Below are positions 34,745-44,955 of a stretch of 64,000 nucleotides of DNA, in pieces (position 1 is the stretch's first letter; every line of letters starts with the position of its first letter). Position numbers and translations under genes: made by a program. The notes beneath the pieces are model-generated. The model saw nothing but the letters and a program-made list of their open reading frames with translations. It made no database searches and was not told the origin of the DNA. The stretch covers positions 3,616,001 to 3,680,000 of the forward strand of contig OZ245838.1 of the NCBI GenBank assembly GCA_965228735.1. Reading direction: 5' to 3'. This DNA is from Planctomycetota bacterium (GTDB lineage: Bacteria > Planctomycetota > UBA1135 > UBA2386).

Positions 34745-35680
34745 ATGCCGCCGCATCTCGAAGCCCTGCGCCCCCACCAGTGGGTCAAGAACCTGCTGGT
34801 CCTCGCGCCACTGCTCTTCGCCACGACCAGCGGCAGCACGAACCCCGAACAGGCCGCCGAACGGAACGCCTTCTTCGACCCTGCGAGCTGGCTCGCCGCC
34901 GCCTCTGCTTTCGCGGTGTTCTGCCTCGCCGCGAGCTCGATCTACCTGCTCAACGACATCGTCGACCGCGAGGCCGACGCGCGGCATCCCAAGAAGAAGA
35001 ACCGGCCGATCGCGTCCGGTCGCCTCGCGGTGGGCAGCGCCTGGCTGCTGCTCGCGATCGTCGCGGGCAGCTGCTACGGCCTGACCGCGCTCGTGCCGTC
35101 ATCGATCTCGGGCACGCCGTTCCTGATCTGGCCGACGGCCTACCTCGTCCTCAACATCGCGTATTCGTTCGCCCTGAAGCGGATGGTCGTCGTCGACTGC
35201 ATGTGCATCGCGCTCGGCTTCCAGCTGCGCGTGATGGCCGGCGCGGCCGCCATCCAGGTCGAGGCCTCGCACTGGCTGCTGCTCTGCACGTTCTTCTTCT
35301 CGCTCTTCCTGGCGTTCTGCAAACGCTACGAAGAGGTCGGGCGCAAGGCCGAGGCCTCCGGGCTGACCCGGGCGACGATGGAGGACTACACGCTGCAGTT
35401 CCTCAGCATGCTCATCGGCCCGATGGCGGCGCTCAGCATCCTGAGCTATGCGCTCTACACCGTGAGCCCCGAGACCGTCGCGCGGCACGGGTCGGACCGG
35501 CTGATGTTCACGGTGCCGTTCGTCGTCTACGGCGTCTTCCGTTACCTCTTCCTCGTCTATCGCAAGAGCGAGGGCGGTGATCCGGCCCGCCTGCTGTTCC
35601 GCGACCTGCCGCTCGTCCTCTCGGGCCTGCTCTACGGCATCGCCGTCGTCGTGCTCCTGCGTTTCGTGCCGGGCACCTGA
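34745..35680 (+). CDS. UbiA family, polyprenyl-phosphate phosphoribosyltransferase (DPPR synthase-like)
   Basis: LRPHQWVKNLLV, YLLNDIVDREAD..HPKK..RPIASG, YS..LK, GF.LR, FCKRY.E, GV.RY, G.DP. Confidence 0.88.
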   Translation: MPPHLEALRPHQWVKNLLVLAPLLFATTSGSTNPEQAAERNAFFDPASWLAAASAFAVFCLAASSIYLLNDIVDREADARHPKKKNRPIASGRLAVGSAWLLLAIVAGSCYGLTALVPSSISGTPFLIWPTAYLVLNIAYSFALKRMVVVDCMCIALGFQLRVMAGAAAIQVEASHWLLLCTFFFSLFLAFCKRYEEVGRKAEASGLTRATMEDYTLQFLSMLIGPMAALSILSYALYTVSPETVARHGSDRLMFTVPFVVYGVFRYLFLVYRKSEGGDPARLLFRDLPLVLSGLLYGIAVVVLLRFVPGT

Positions 35681-35785
35681 ATGACGACGCCGCGCGCCGA
35701 TTCTCGCTGGATTCGACCCGGTTTCGCTTGCTCCACCCCGCGGGCGAACTAAATCGGCCCAGCAGCCCCCCACTCGACCCGTCCG

Positions 35786-37513
35786 GTGCCCGCCCCCACC
35801 TCACGATCCGCCTGGCGTCAGTACTTCCGGCTGCTCCGCCCCGAGGCCGCCGACCTGCGCACGATCGTCGTCTACGGCGCCGCGAGCGCCGTCCTGTCGC
35901 TGGCCGTGCCGCTGACGGTCGACGCCGTGATCAGCAACATCACGTTCGGGCAGCTGCTGATGCCGCTGATCATCCTGGTAGGCATCCTGCTCGGCTGCCT
36001 CTTGATGCAGGGCCTGCTCGGCGCGCTCCAGGCGTTCGTCGCCGAGGTGATCGAACGGCGCATCTTCGTGCGCGTCGTCAGTGACCTGTCGTGGCGGCTG
36101 CCGCGCGTCGACATCCGCGCGTTCGACCGGCGCTACGGACCGGAGCTCGTGAACCGGTTCTTCGACACGATCACGGTGCAGAAGAGCAGCTCCAAGCTGA
36201 TCCTCGAGGTCACCAACATCGTACTCGCGACGACGGTCGGCATGATCGTGCTCGCGTTCTACCACCCGGTGCTGCTCGGCTTCGTCATCCTGCTGCTGCT
36301 CGCCATCTTCTTCCTGGTGTTCGTACTCGGGCTCGGCGGCGTCCGGACCGCGGTGCAGGAGAGCTATGCCAAGTTCGAGGTCGCGGCCTGGCTGCAGGAA
36401 CTGTCACGCCACACGACGGCGTTCTGCACGCAGGGCGGCGCGAAGTTCGCACAGCAACGCGCCGAAGCGCTGACCGACGTCTACATCGGGGCACGCAAGC
36501 GACACTTTCGGATCCTCTTCCGGCAGATCTGCAGCGCGTTCGGCCTGCAGGTGCTCGCGAGCACGGGCGTGCTCGCGATCGGCGGTTGGCTCGTCATCGA
36601 TCAACAGCTGACCCCCGGCCAGCTCGTCGCGAGCGAGCTGATCGTCACGGCGATCGTCGCGAACATCACCAAGCTCGGGAACGTCCTGCAGAACTGGTAC
36701 GACGTCTGCGCCGCGTCGGACAAGGTCGGCGTGCTCGTCGACCTGCCGCTCGAGCGTCAGCTCGGCGAACCGCTGCCCGACGGCGAACGCGGCGTCCGCG
36801 TCGAGCTGGACAGCGTGAGGTGCGACGGCAACCAGACGTTCGCGCTCGCGATCGAGTCCGGCGAACGCGTGGCGTTGCTCGGCCCGACCGGCGGCAGCGC
36901 GAGTCGGCTGCTCGACGTACTCTACGGGCTGCGCGAGCCGAGCCAGGGCCATGTCACGGTCGAGGGACTCGACCTGCGGCAGCTGCGCCTCGATCGCACG
37001 CGCGACGATTTCGCACTCGTGCACGGCACCGAGATCGTCGAGGGCACGATCGCGGAGAACATCCACTTCGGGCGCGATCACCTCGGCGCGACGGAGATCC
37101 GCGACGCGCTCGTCGACGTCGGGCTGTGGGACGAGATCATGCAGCTGCCCGAGGGGCTCGATACGGAGCTGACGACGCGCGGCCGCCCGCTCACGGCGGG
37201 CCAGGCGATCCGACTGACGCTCGCCCGGGCGATCGCAGGTGAGCCTCGGCTGCTGATGCTCGACGGTGCGCTCGACGGGCTGCCGCCGGTCGTGCGCAAG
37301 GACGTCACCGACCATCTGTTCGACAAACGGCACGATTGGACCGTGCTCGTCGTGACCGCGATGCCGGACATCGCGGCCGCCTGCGACCGCAGCGTCGACA
37401 TCGAGCCCGAGGTCGTCGCGACCGTCGCGGAGCTGCACGAACAGGAGCTGGGTGAACAGGAGCCGGGCGAAGAACTCGGCGAGGATCGAACCGAGGAGGA
37501 CCGCGATGCCTGA
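35786..37513 (+). CDS. Type I secretion-like ABC transporter (TMD plus degenerate NBD)
   Basis: LSLAVPL.V, PELVNRFFD, GQLVASELIV, GTIAENI, LP.GL.T.L. Walker A reads GPTGGSAS and Walker B reads LMLDG. Confidence 0.85.
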   Translation: MPAPTSRSAWRQYFRLLRPEAADLRTIVVYGAASAVLSLAVPLTVDAVISNITFGQLLMPLIILVGILLGCLLMQGLLGALQAFVAEVIERRIFVRVVSDLSWRLPRVDIRAFDRRYGPELVNRFFDTITVQKSSSKLILEVTNIVLATTVGMIVLAFYHPVLLGFVILLLLAIFFLVFVLGLGGVRTAVQESYAKFEVAAWLQELSRHTTAFCTQGGAKFAQQRAEALTDVYIGARKRHFRILFRQICSAFGLQVLASTGVLAIGGWLVIDQQLTPGQLVASELIVTAIVANITKLGNVLQNWYDVCAASDKVGVLVDLPLERQLGEPLPDGERGVRVELDSVRCDGNQTFALAIESGERVALLGPTGGSASRLLDVLYGLREPSQGHVTVEGLDLRQLRLDRTRDDFALVHGTEIVEGTIAENIHFGRDHLGATEIRDALVDVGLWDEIMQLPEGLDTELTTRGRPLTAGQAIRLTLARAIAGEPRLLMLDGALDGLPPVVRKDVTDHLFDKRHDWTVLVVTAMPDIAAACDRSVDIEPEVVATVAELHEQELGEQEPGEELGEDRTEEDRDA

Positions 37514-38936
37514 CGCGACCGAACCGTTCCCGTATCCGGCCTGCGAGCTACCCACGATCACGCAGGCGGGCAAGCGACGCGTCACGAAGCGGTTCTCGCG
37601 CTTCATGCTGCTCGTGCTGCTCGCCGTGCCGGTCACGCTGATGTTCGCCCCGTGGCAGCAGAACCTGGCCGGCCGCGGGCGCGTGATCGATCTCGACCCG
37701 ACCAACCGGCCGATGACGATGCAGGCCCGCACCGACGGCATCGTGCTGAAGTGGCACGTGCGCGAGGGCGACTACGTCACCGCGGACCAACCGCTCGTCG
37801 ACCTGGCCGACAACGACGCGAAGATCATCGAGCGGCTGCAGGAGCAGCTCACCGCCGCAGTTGCGAAGCGCGACGCGGCGATGGACAAGCGCGCCCGGTT
37901 CGAGGAGCAGATCAAGAACGCCGAAGCGGCGCGACTGGCGGCGATGCAGCTCGCCGACGACGAGATCGAAGCAGCCGTGCAGAAGCTCGAGGTCGCGCAC
38001 CAGGCCGTCGCCGTGGCGAACCAGAAGCTCGAGCTCGCGAAGTTCGTCGAGACGATGTGGGAGGGCATGGTCCGCGACCGCATCGGCGCGGGGATCCGAC
38101 TGCGCGAGGCGAAGCAGGGCCGCGCGATCGCCGAAGCCGAGGTCGCTGCGACGGCCGCCGGCGTGACCGGCGCCGAGGCCGAACTGCGGGCCAAGCGCAG
38201 CGCGCGCAAGCGGGTCGAACAGGCCGAGCTCGTGAAGGTGCAGGACGCGCGCGCCAAGTTCGCGACGGCCGAGGGCGAGATCGCGACGGCCAACGGTTCG
38301 ATCCCCAAGCTCGAGCGTGACCTCGAGCGCCAGCGCCAGCAGCAGATCACGGCACCGCTCGACGGCTATGTGCAGAACGTGATCGCGAACGGCCAGCGCG
38401 GCGCGTTCGTCAAGAAGGGCGTGCAGCTGGCCAGGATCGTGCCGCAGAGCAAGCAGCTCGCGGTCGAGCTCTTCGTCGACGGCAACGACGTGACGTTCAT
38501 CGATCCGGGTCGTCACGTGCGGCTGCAGTTCGAGGGTTGGCCCGCGATCCAGTGGGTCGGCTGGCCGTCGGCCGCGGTCGGCACGTTCGGCGGCAAGGTG
38601 CTGTTCGTCGATCGCGCGGCCAACGCCGACGGACGGTTTCGGGTCATGGTCGTGCCCGACGAGCGGCCGTTCGTGCAGCCCGAGGGTCCCGTCGTCGACT
38701 GGCTGCGCGGCTTCCTGACGTTCGACAACCGCCGCGGCCGGCGCGACCTCGACGAGAACGGCGAACCCAACCCGCACGCGTGGCCCGGCGATCTCTTCCT
38801 GCGCCAGGGCGTCGCGACCAAGGGCTGGATCGTCCTCGACCGCGTCTCGCTCGGGTTCGAGATCTGGCGTCAGCTGAACGGTTTCCCACCGACCGTCGAT
38901 CGCCCGGAGACGACCGGGAAGGGCCAGCCGAAATGA
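37506..38936 (+). CDS. HlyD family membrane-fusion protein
   Basis: N-terminal TM, PWQQ...G.G.V, WHVREGD.V, coiled coil, APLDG, VRLQFEGWP, WRQLNGFPP. Confidence 0.9.
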   Translation: MPDATEPFPYPACELPTITQAGKRRVTKRFSRFMLLVLLAVPVTLMFAPWQQNLAGRGRVIDLDPTNRPMTMQARTDGIVLKWHVREGDYVTADQPLVDLADNDAKIIERLQEQLTAAVAKRDAAMDKRARFEEQIKNAEAARLAAMQLADDEIEAAVQKLEVAHQAVAVANQKLELAKFVETMWEGMVRDRIGAGIRLREAKQGRAIAEAEVAATAAGVTGAEAELRAKRSARKRVEQAELVKVQDARAKFATAEGEIATANGSIPKLERDLERQRQQQITAPLDGYVQNVIANGQRGAFVKKGVQLARIVPQSKQLAVELFVDGNDVTFIDPGRHVRLQFEGWPAIQWVGWPSAAVGTFGGKVLFVDRAANADGRFRVMVVPDERPFVQPEGPVVDWLRGFLTFDNRRGRRDLDENGEPNPHAWPGDLFLRQGVATKGWIVLDRVSLGFEIWRQLNGFPPTVDRPETTGKGQPK

Positions 38937-40480
38937 TGCGCGTCGGGAAACCCACCCAACTGCTCGTGCTCACCGCGACGCTCGCGGTCGCAGCGTGCAC
39001 GCCCACCCGCTACCGCTCCGAACCGATCGAGGTCGCGTTCCGGCGCCCGGCCGGCACAGCGGCCGTGGAGCCGGGCAGCGCCGCCGCGACGGGTGGCACC
39101 GCGACGGCGGAGCCGCCCGACGTCGGGGCAACTGCGGCCGCGGCAGCGACGGCGGACGCGCCGCTCCCGCTCAGCGACGTGATCGCCTCGGTGACCCTGC
39201 GGTATCCGCCATACCTGAGCACGCTGCTCGACCGCGACCTCGCCTCGGGCCGGCTGACCCAGGCGATGGGCAACTTCGACACGAACCTCTCCGCCAAGGT
39301 CGGCGACGGTCTGCAGGGCTTCTACGAGCCCACGATCGCCCAGGGCCTCGTCGAGCAACCGCTCGCGACGGGCGACACGATCTACGGCGGTTATCGCTGG
39401 AGCGACGGCTTCCAGCCCGACTACGACAAGGACCGCACGCAGGCCGGCGGCGAGATCGTCTTCGGAGCGCGCGTGCCGCTGCTGCTCGGCCGCGACATCG
39501 ACAAGCGGCGCGCGGCCGTGCGGCAGGCCGAGATCGGCGTCGAACTCGCAGAGCCCAGGATCCAGCAGGCCCGCATCGCATTCGTGCAGGCCGCGAGCAA
39601 GGCCTACTTCGGCTGGGTCGCGGCGGGCCGCAAGCTCACGGTCGCGCGCGAGCTCTTGCAGCTCGCGACCGACCGGCAGGCCGGCATGCAACGCGCGGTC
39701 GAGAACGAGTTCCTCGCGCCGATCGAGCTCACCGACAACGAACGGCTCATCACGCAGCGCCAGGTCTTCGTCGCGCGCGCCGAACGGAGCTTCCAGCAGG
39801 CGGCGCTGTTGCTGTCGCTCTATCTGCGCACGCCCGACGACCGCCCGATCGTTCCCGGTCCGGCCAGACTGCCGGCCGCCGACGACGCCGAGCCGCCCGC
39901 GCTCACGCGCACGCCCGAACAGGATCTCGAACGCGCGGCGGCCGGGCGGCCGGAGTTCCGCCGCCTCCGACTCGAGATCGACGACACGAAGACCGCGCTC
40001 GCCCTCGCCGAGAACGATCGACTGCCGAAGTTCGACCTCGTCGTCGAGGGCTCGTCGTCCTTGAGCAACGGCCCGTACAAGGACCGCGAAGACCTCGAAC
40101 TGTTCGTCGGTGGCGAGATCGCGCTGCCGGCGCAGCGACGCGCGGCGATCGGCAAGATGCAGCAGCAGACGGCCAAGCTCGGCCAGTTGCGGCTGGAGCA
40201 GCAGTTCTTGCAGGACCGCGTGCTCAACGAAGTGCTGGACGCGCGTTCGGCGGTCCGGACGGCGCGCGCGCAGCTCACCGCGACGGAACGCAACATCGAA
40301 CTCGCGCAGCAGCTCGTCGCAGCCGAGCAGCGCTCGTTCGAGCTCGGCCTCAGCGACCTGCTGCGCATCCAGCTGCGCGAGGCCCAGCTCGCCGACGCGC
40401 GGATGATGGCGATCGACGCACGCCGCGGGTTCGACCGCGCGTTCGTCGACTACCGGGCCGCCCTCGGCACCGAGCCCTGA
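38933..40480 (+). CDS. TolC family outer-membrane efflux lipoprotein
   Basis: Lipobox LAVAAC, two OEP-like repeats, RPE, LPKFDL, E..FELG.SDLL....RE. Confidence 0.88.
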   Translation: MMRVGKPTQLLVLTATLAVAACTPTRYRSEPIEVAFRRPAGTAAVEPGSAAATGGTATAEPPDVGATAAAAATADAPLPLSDVIASVTLRYPPYLSTLLDRDLASGRLTQAMGNFDTNLSAKVGDGLQGFYEPTIAQGLVEQPLATGDTIYGGYRWSDGFQPDYDKDRTQAGGEIVFGARVPLLLGRDIDKRRAAVRQAEIGVELAEPRIQQARIAFVQAASKAYFGWVAAGRKLTVARELLQLATDRQAGMQRAVENEFLAPIELTDNERLITQRQVFVARAERSFQQAALLLSLYLRTPDDRPIVPGPARLPAADDAEPPALTRTPEQDLERAAAGRPEFRRLRLEIDDTKTALALAENDRLPKFDLVVEGSSSLSNGPYKDREDLELFVGGEIALPAQRRAAIGKMQQQTAKLGQLRLEQQFLQDRVLNEVLDARSAVRTARAQLTATERNIELAQQLVAAEQRSFELGLSDLLRIQLREAQLADARMMAIDARRGFDRAFVDYRAALGTEP

Positions 40481-40571
40481 CCGCGCCGCCCGGGCCCTCG
40501 CGATCGGGCCCCGACGGCCCCCCGACGAGTCCGCTGCCAGACGCTATAGTCCGCGGGCCCCGCTCTCGCCC

Positions 40572-43472
40572 ATGTCCGGTCCCGCCCCCGATCCGCACGA
40601 ACTCTCCCTGCACCGGCAACGGCTCCGCGAACGGCTCGCCGGCGACCTCGCGGCCGGCCGCACGGTGGCATTGACGGACGACGAGATGGCCGATCCCGAG
40701 CTCCGCGCGGAGCTGCCGCGGCTGCTCGACGAGCTCGAACGGGCCCGCGGCGACCGCCCGACCGAACTGCAGGTTCCGGGCTACACGGTGCTCGGAGAGA
40801 TCGGCTCCGGCGGCATGAGCACGGTCTACCTCGCGCGCCACGAACAGCTCGACCGCCACGACGCGCTGAAGATCCTGCATGGTGCGGGCGAGCCGCGAGC
40901 CCGCCAACGGCTGCTGCGGGAAGCGCGCGCGATGGCCGCGCTGCGGCACCCGCACATCGTCACGATCTACGACATCGTCGAGACGCCGACCGTCGTCGCG
41001 ATCGCGATGGAGTGGGTCGATGGGCTCTCGCTCGCCGCGCTCCTCCACGCGCTTCCCAAGCAGCCGACGGCCCGCGACATGACGACGCTGAAGGCGGCGC
41101 TCGGAGCCGGCGCGGACGCGGACCTCGAGGGCAACGTCACGCGCACGTTCGTACGGCTCGTGCACGACACGGCATTGGCGGCGCATGCCGCGCACCGGCA
41201 GAGCATCCTGCACCTCGACATCAAGCCGTCGAACGTGCTGGTTCGCCGCGACGGTCGCGCGCAGCTCACCGACTTCGGCGTGGCGCGCAACCTCGATCTC
41301 GATCACACGCAGACCCAGAGCTTCGCCGGCACACCGATCTACGCGGCCCCCGAGCAGCTGCGACGCGACCACGAAGCGTTCTCACCCGCGACCGACGTCT
41401 ACGCGCTGGGCATGACGCTCTACGAGTTGCTCGCCCGGCGCCAACCGCTCCGCGAGCAGGGGTTGAGCGAACTGCTGCGCCGCGTCGAGGCCGGGCGACT
41501 GCCGCGGCTGTCGACGCTCGCCGAGGTCGCGAGCGATCTGGAGAACGTGGTGCACAAGGCCATCGCGGTCGAACCGGGCAACCGCTATCCGACAGCGGCA
41601 GCGTTCGCGGCGGACCTCGACGCATTCCTCGACGGCCGCCCGGTCGCGGCCAAGCGCGCCACCACGATGCAGCGACTGCGGCGCTGGATGCGCGCCGAGC
41701 CCTGGCAGGCCGCGCTCGTCGCCGTCCTGATCGTCGGTCTGCCCGTGCTGATCGCGATCGGCGGCAAGCTCTGGTCCGAGATGCCGCGAATCACGGCGGC
41801 CGAACGACGCGAGGACCGCGAGCGGGCAGCCGACGTCGCGCAGATCGCGTTCCAGTCGTTCCTGATCCGCGAGGAGGCGAGCGCCCGCAACATCGCGAGG
41901 CTGCGCGATGCGCTCGCGACGGTGCCCGACGACCAGATCGTGATCGCGTGCCTGCTCATGGTCCTGGGGCAGGACCACAAGGGCGACGCGCTGCGCGAGC
42001 TCGACGACGCGCCGCTCGAGATGCGGGAGAGCGCGGGCGGTCGCGCCCTCCGCGAACGGCTGGAGAGCGGGCAGCCGTTCTTCCGGCGGGAGATCGCACG
42101 CCAGCTGGCGCGCTCCGCGGATCTGTTCGATCTCAAGCTCGTCGTACTCGACCGCGTCCTGTGCTTCCGCGATTCGCGCGTCGAAGAGGAACTCGAGATG
42201 ATCGCGACCGCGGTCGACAAGCTCGGGGTCGGCTACCGCACCGGCAACCCGCTCGCCCACGGCCTCAAAGCGTGGATCGCGGCGCAGCTCGGCGATCGCG
42301 GCGAACTCGAGATCGCCGACTTCGCGCTGCAGCAGAACTGGCCGGACAACGAGGCGGCGTGCCTGTGGCGCGTCATCGCCAACACCGGACCGGATCGCAA
42401 GCGCGCGCGGGCGATCGCCCGCGACTTCCTCGCGACGCACCCCGGCAACTACGTCGTGACGATGCGTCTCGCCACGCTGCTGCTGCGGGAGAAGCGGACC
42501 GAGGCCGCACTCGAACTGCTCGACGGGATCGCCAGGCCAGGCCTGCCGGCCAACCACCGGCTCATGCGGTGCTCGGCGCTGCACGACCTTGGCCGCACGA
42601 AGGAAGCCCGCGCGCTGTTCGACACGGTCGAGCCGACGAACGATCACAGCTACGCCGAGTGGCTCAGAGTCCTCGAGCTGTTCGACGTCGAGGCGGCCAG
42701 GCGCGAGTACGAAACGCTACTCGCCGAGGCGCGGCCGTCGGCGACCTACTTCAGTCAGGCCATGAGCTTCGCGACGCGACATCGCGACCGCGAGTTCTTC
42801 GTCGCGACCGGCCTCCGAGCGCGGGACGTACACCCAACGATGGCGATGATCCGCTGGCGGCTCGCGCCGCTCCTGATGACCGACGGCGATCTGCAGGGCG
42901 CTGGCCGGCTCGTCGACGGCCTGGAGCTGCCACGCGCGATGGCCGACGAACTCGGCCACTCCGCCGTCTTCGGCCTGGCCGCGATCAAGGACTTCGACCA
43001 GATGCTGCGGGTCTGCGACCGCTGGCTGCCGAACAACAAGAGCGCAGACGAAAGATGGCGAGCGACGTTCTTCCGCGCACTTGCGCTCTCGCGACTCGGC
43101 CAATACCAGGCGGCGATGCGCGGCTTCGACGCCCATATCGCCGCCGCGGCAGCGGCCGCCAAACAACCATACGCCGGCACCGGGATCGAACGGGCGTGGA
43201 TCATGGTCGCGCCCAACGCGCCGGCGGAAGTCGATGACCCGCAGGAGGCCGCCACGATCGCGGCCTCGCGCGTCGTGACGCGCAGCTTCGGGCGCAAGCC
43301 GAAGGCCTGGCACGCGCTCGTCCTCGCCGAGATCGCGTTCCGCAACGGCGACCCCGCGCGCGCGGCCACCCTGCTGAAGCGCGCCGAGGAGCTCAGCGCA
43401 GAGTTCGATCTCACGGCCCCGGCCGATCTGCGGTCCCGCATCGCCGCCGCGGCCGCACGCTACGGCGACTGA
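40572..43472 (+). CDS. Ser/Thr protein kinase with TM segment and helical/TPR-like C-terminus
   Basis: IGSGGMSTVY, ALK, HPHIV, HLDIKPSN, DFG, GTPIYAAPEQ, DVYALG. Confidence 0.92.
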   Translation: MSGPAPDPHELSLHRQRLRERLAGDLAAGRTVALTDDEMADPELRAELPRLLDELERARGDRPTELQVPGYTVLGEIGSGGMSTVYLARHEQLDRHDALKILHGAGEPRARQRLLREARAMAALRHPHIVTIYDIVETPTVVAIAMEWVDGLSLAALLHALPKQPTARDMTTLKAALGAGADADLEGNVTRTFVRLVHDTALAAHAAHRQSILHLDIKPSNVLVRRDGRAQLTDFGVARNLDLDHTQTQSFAGTPIYAAPEQLRRDHEAFSPATDVYALGMTLYELLARRQPLREQGLSELLRRVEAGRLPRLSTLAEVASDLENVVHKAIAVEPGNRYPTAAAFAADLDAFLDGRPVAAKRATTMQRLRRWMRAEPWQAALVAVLIVGLPVLIAIGGKLWSEMPRITAAERREDRERAADVAQIAFQSFLIREEASARNIARLRDALATVPDDQIVIACLLMVLGQDHKGDALRELDDAPLEMRESAGGRALRERLESGQPFFRREIARQLARSADLFDLKLVVLDRVLCFRDSRVEEELEMIATAVDKLGVGYRTGNPLAHGLKAWIAAQLGDRGELEIADFALQQNWPDNEAACLWRVIANTGPDRKRARAIARDFLATHPGNYVVTMRLATLLLREKRTEAALELLDGIARPGLPANHRLMRCSALHDLGRTKEARALFDTVEPTNDHSYAEWLRVLELFDVEAARREYETLLAEARPSATYFSQAMSFATRHRDREFFVATGLRARDVHPTMAMIRWRLAPLLMTDGDLQGAGRLVDGLELPRAMADELGHSAVFGLAAIKDFDQMLRVCDRWLPNNKSADERWRATFFRALALSRLGQYQAAMRGFDAHIAAAAAAAKQPYAGTGIERAWIMVAPNAPAEVDDPQEAATIAASRVVTRSFGRKPKAWHALVLAEIAFRNGDPARAATLLKRAEELSAEFDLTAPADLRSRIAAAAARYGD

Positions 43473-43477
43473 TACGA

Positions 43478-44833
43478 CTACCGCGGCAGAACGGCGGGAT
43501 CGGGCGCGATCCGGGTCGCCGGCCGCGGCTGCCACAGCCCGCGCAGTGTCGCCAGCAACAGCAGCAGCGTGCACCAGGTGACGTTGCCGCGCGCGAGCAT
43601 CAGGTTGCCGAGTTCGCGCCCGAGGACGCCCTTGCTCATCATCGGACCGACCGCGAACGCCAGGACCGTGAGGCCGATGAGCAGCAGGTCACGGCGACCG
43701 CGCAGCAGTCGGTCGACGACGAACGCCGCCGCGAACACCCAGACGCAGAAGTGCGCTTTGCTGCTCTGCGGCGAGAGCAGCACCATCCCGCAGGCGAACG
43801 CGCCGACCTCGCCCATCGCGACGGTGCGCTGCGCGAGCGCGGGATCTGCCGCAGTCCGCACCGCGCGCGCTCCGTGACGGGCAGAGAGCACGAGCGCGAG
43901 CAGGACACCGACCTGACACGTGAGCGTCACGACCTTGCAGCCCGTCGCGCCCAGATCGGCGATCATCGCGCTCTCGTCGACGAACGGGCCGAGGATCGCG
44001 GCTTCGCTGAACAACCGGGTCAGAGACCCCGACATCCCCTGGTTGAGGAAGCTGTGCGCGTTCCACGCTCCGGCCGCGCTCGCGGTGCCGCCGACCTCGA
44101 GGCCGCGCAGGTTGACGTCGAACCACGCGACGATCCACGGGCTGCCGTCCGCGCGCGGGAAGACCCAGTCGGGCATCAGCGACAGCAGCACGAACGTGCC
44201 GAGCATCGCGACGGCCGGCACGAACCGAAAGCGCGCGCCGAACAAGCCGAGGAAGAGCAACGGCGTAGCTTTGATCGCGGCTCCGACCCCGACCCAGATG
44301 CCCGCGAGCAGGCCCGACCGGAGGCTGGGCGCGCGGGCCCACGCCCCGACCGCGAGAGCCAGCGCTGCGGCGGTCAACAGGTCGTGACTCTGGTTGGAGA
44401 ACACGGACAGCACGTGGTGCCCACCGAGGAGGATCGTGAGCAGCCAGAACGACCAGATCCCTGGCTGACCCTGCCCCTCGGCGACGGGGCGCCGCGACCA
44501 CCGGTGCAGGATCCACACGATGAGCAGCGCCAGGTGGAAGTTGACCGCGAACCACGAGGCCGGCTGGTAGTCGGCCGGGAGCCAGGCGAACGGGACGAAC
44601 GGCACCGCGGCGAACGGCGGATACGTGAACGGCTTGTCCTCCGTTCCGCGGCGGTAGATCTCCGCACCGGCCGCGAGCCGCTCGCCGCCGCGCACGTAGA
44701 CCGGCAACTCCCGATCACCGTTCTGCGCCCGGCGCGTGAAGTATGCCCCGCCGCCCCACAGCGCGGCGACGTAGGCAACGAGCAGCAAACCCGCGATCAG
44801 GGCCCGGCCGCGACCTTTCTTTCCGCTCGTCAC
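43478..44833 (-). CDS. GT87/DUF2029-like membrane glycosyltransferase
   Basis: E..VY......L..G..IY, PFTYPPFAA..F.PF, IK..P, NQ, LLSP.S..H; many TM segments. Likely GTG start at 44833. Confidence 0.8.
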   Translation of the reverse strand: MTSGKKGRGRALIAGLLLVAYVAALWGGGAYFTRRAQNGDRELPVYVRGGERLAAGAEIYRRGTEDKPFTYPPFAAVPFVPFAWLPADYQPASWFAVNFHLALLIVWILHRWSRRPVAEGQGQPGIWSFWLLTILLGGHHVLSVFSNQSHDLLTAAALALAVGAWARAPSLRSGLLAGIWVGVGAAIKATPLLFLGLFGARFRFVPAVAMLGTFVLLSLMPDWVFPRADGSPWIVAWFDVNLRGLEVGGTASAAGAWNAHSFLNQGMSGSLTRLFSEAAILGPFVDESAMIADLGATGCKVVTLTCQVGVLLALVLSARHGARAVRTAADPALAQRTVAMGEVGAFACGMVLLSPQSSKAHFCVWVFAAAFVVDRLLRGRRDLLLIGLTVLAFAVGPMMSKGVLGRELGNLMLARGNVTWCTLLLLLATLRGLWQPRPATRIAPDPAVLPR

Positions 44834-44955
44834 GCCGCCGTTATCACCGGCGATGCGCGCGGATTCCACGTCGGGGGATCCGCACACCGAAGATCTCGAT
44901 CGCAACCGAACCTTCGGCAGCGCCCGCCCGTTCCGCTATCCTCCCCCGCCCTCCT

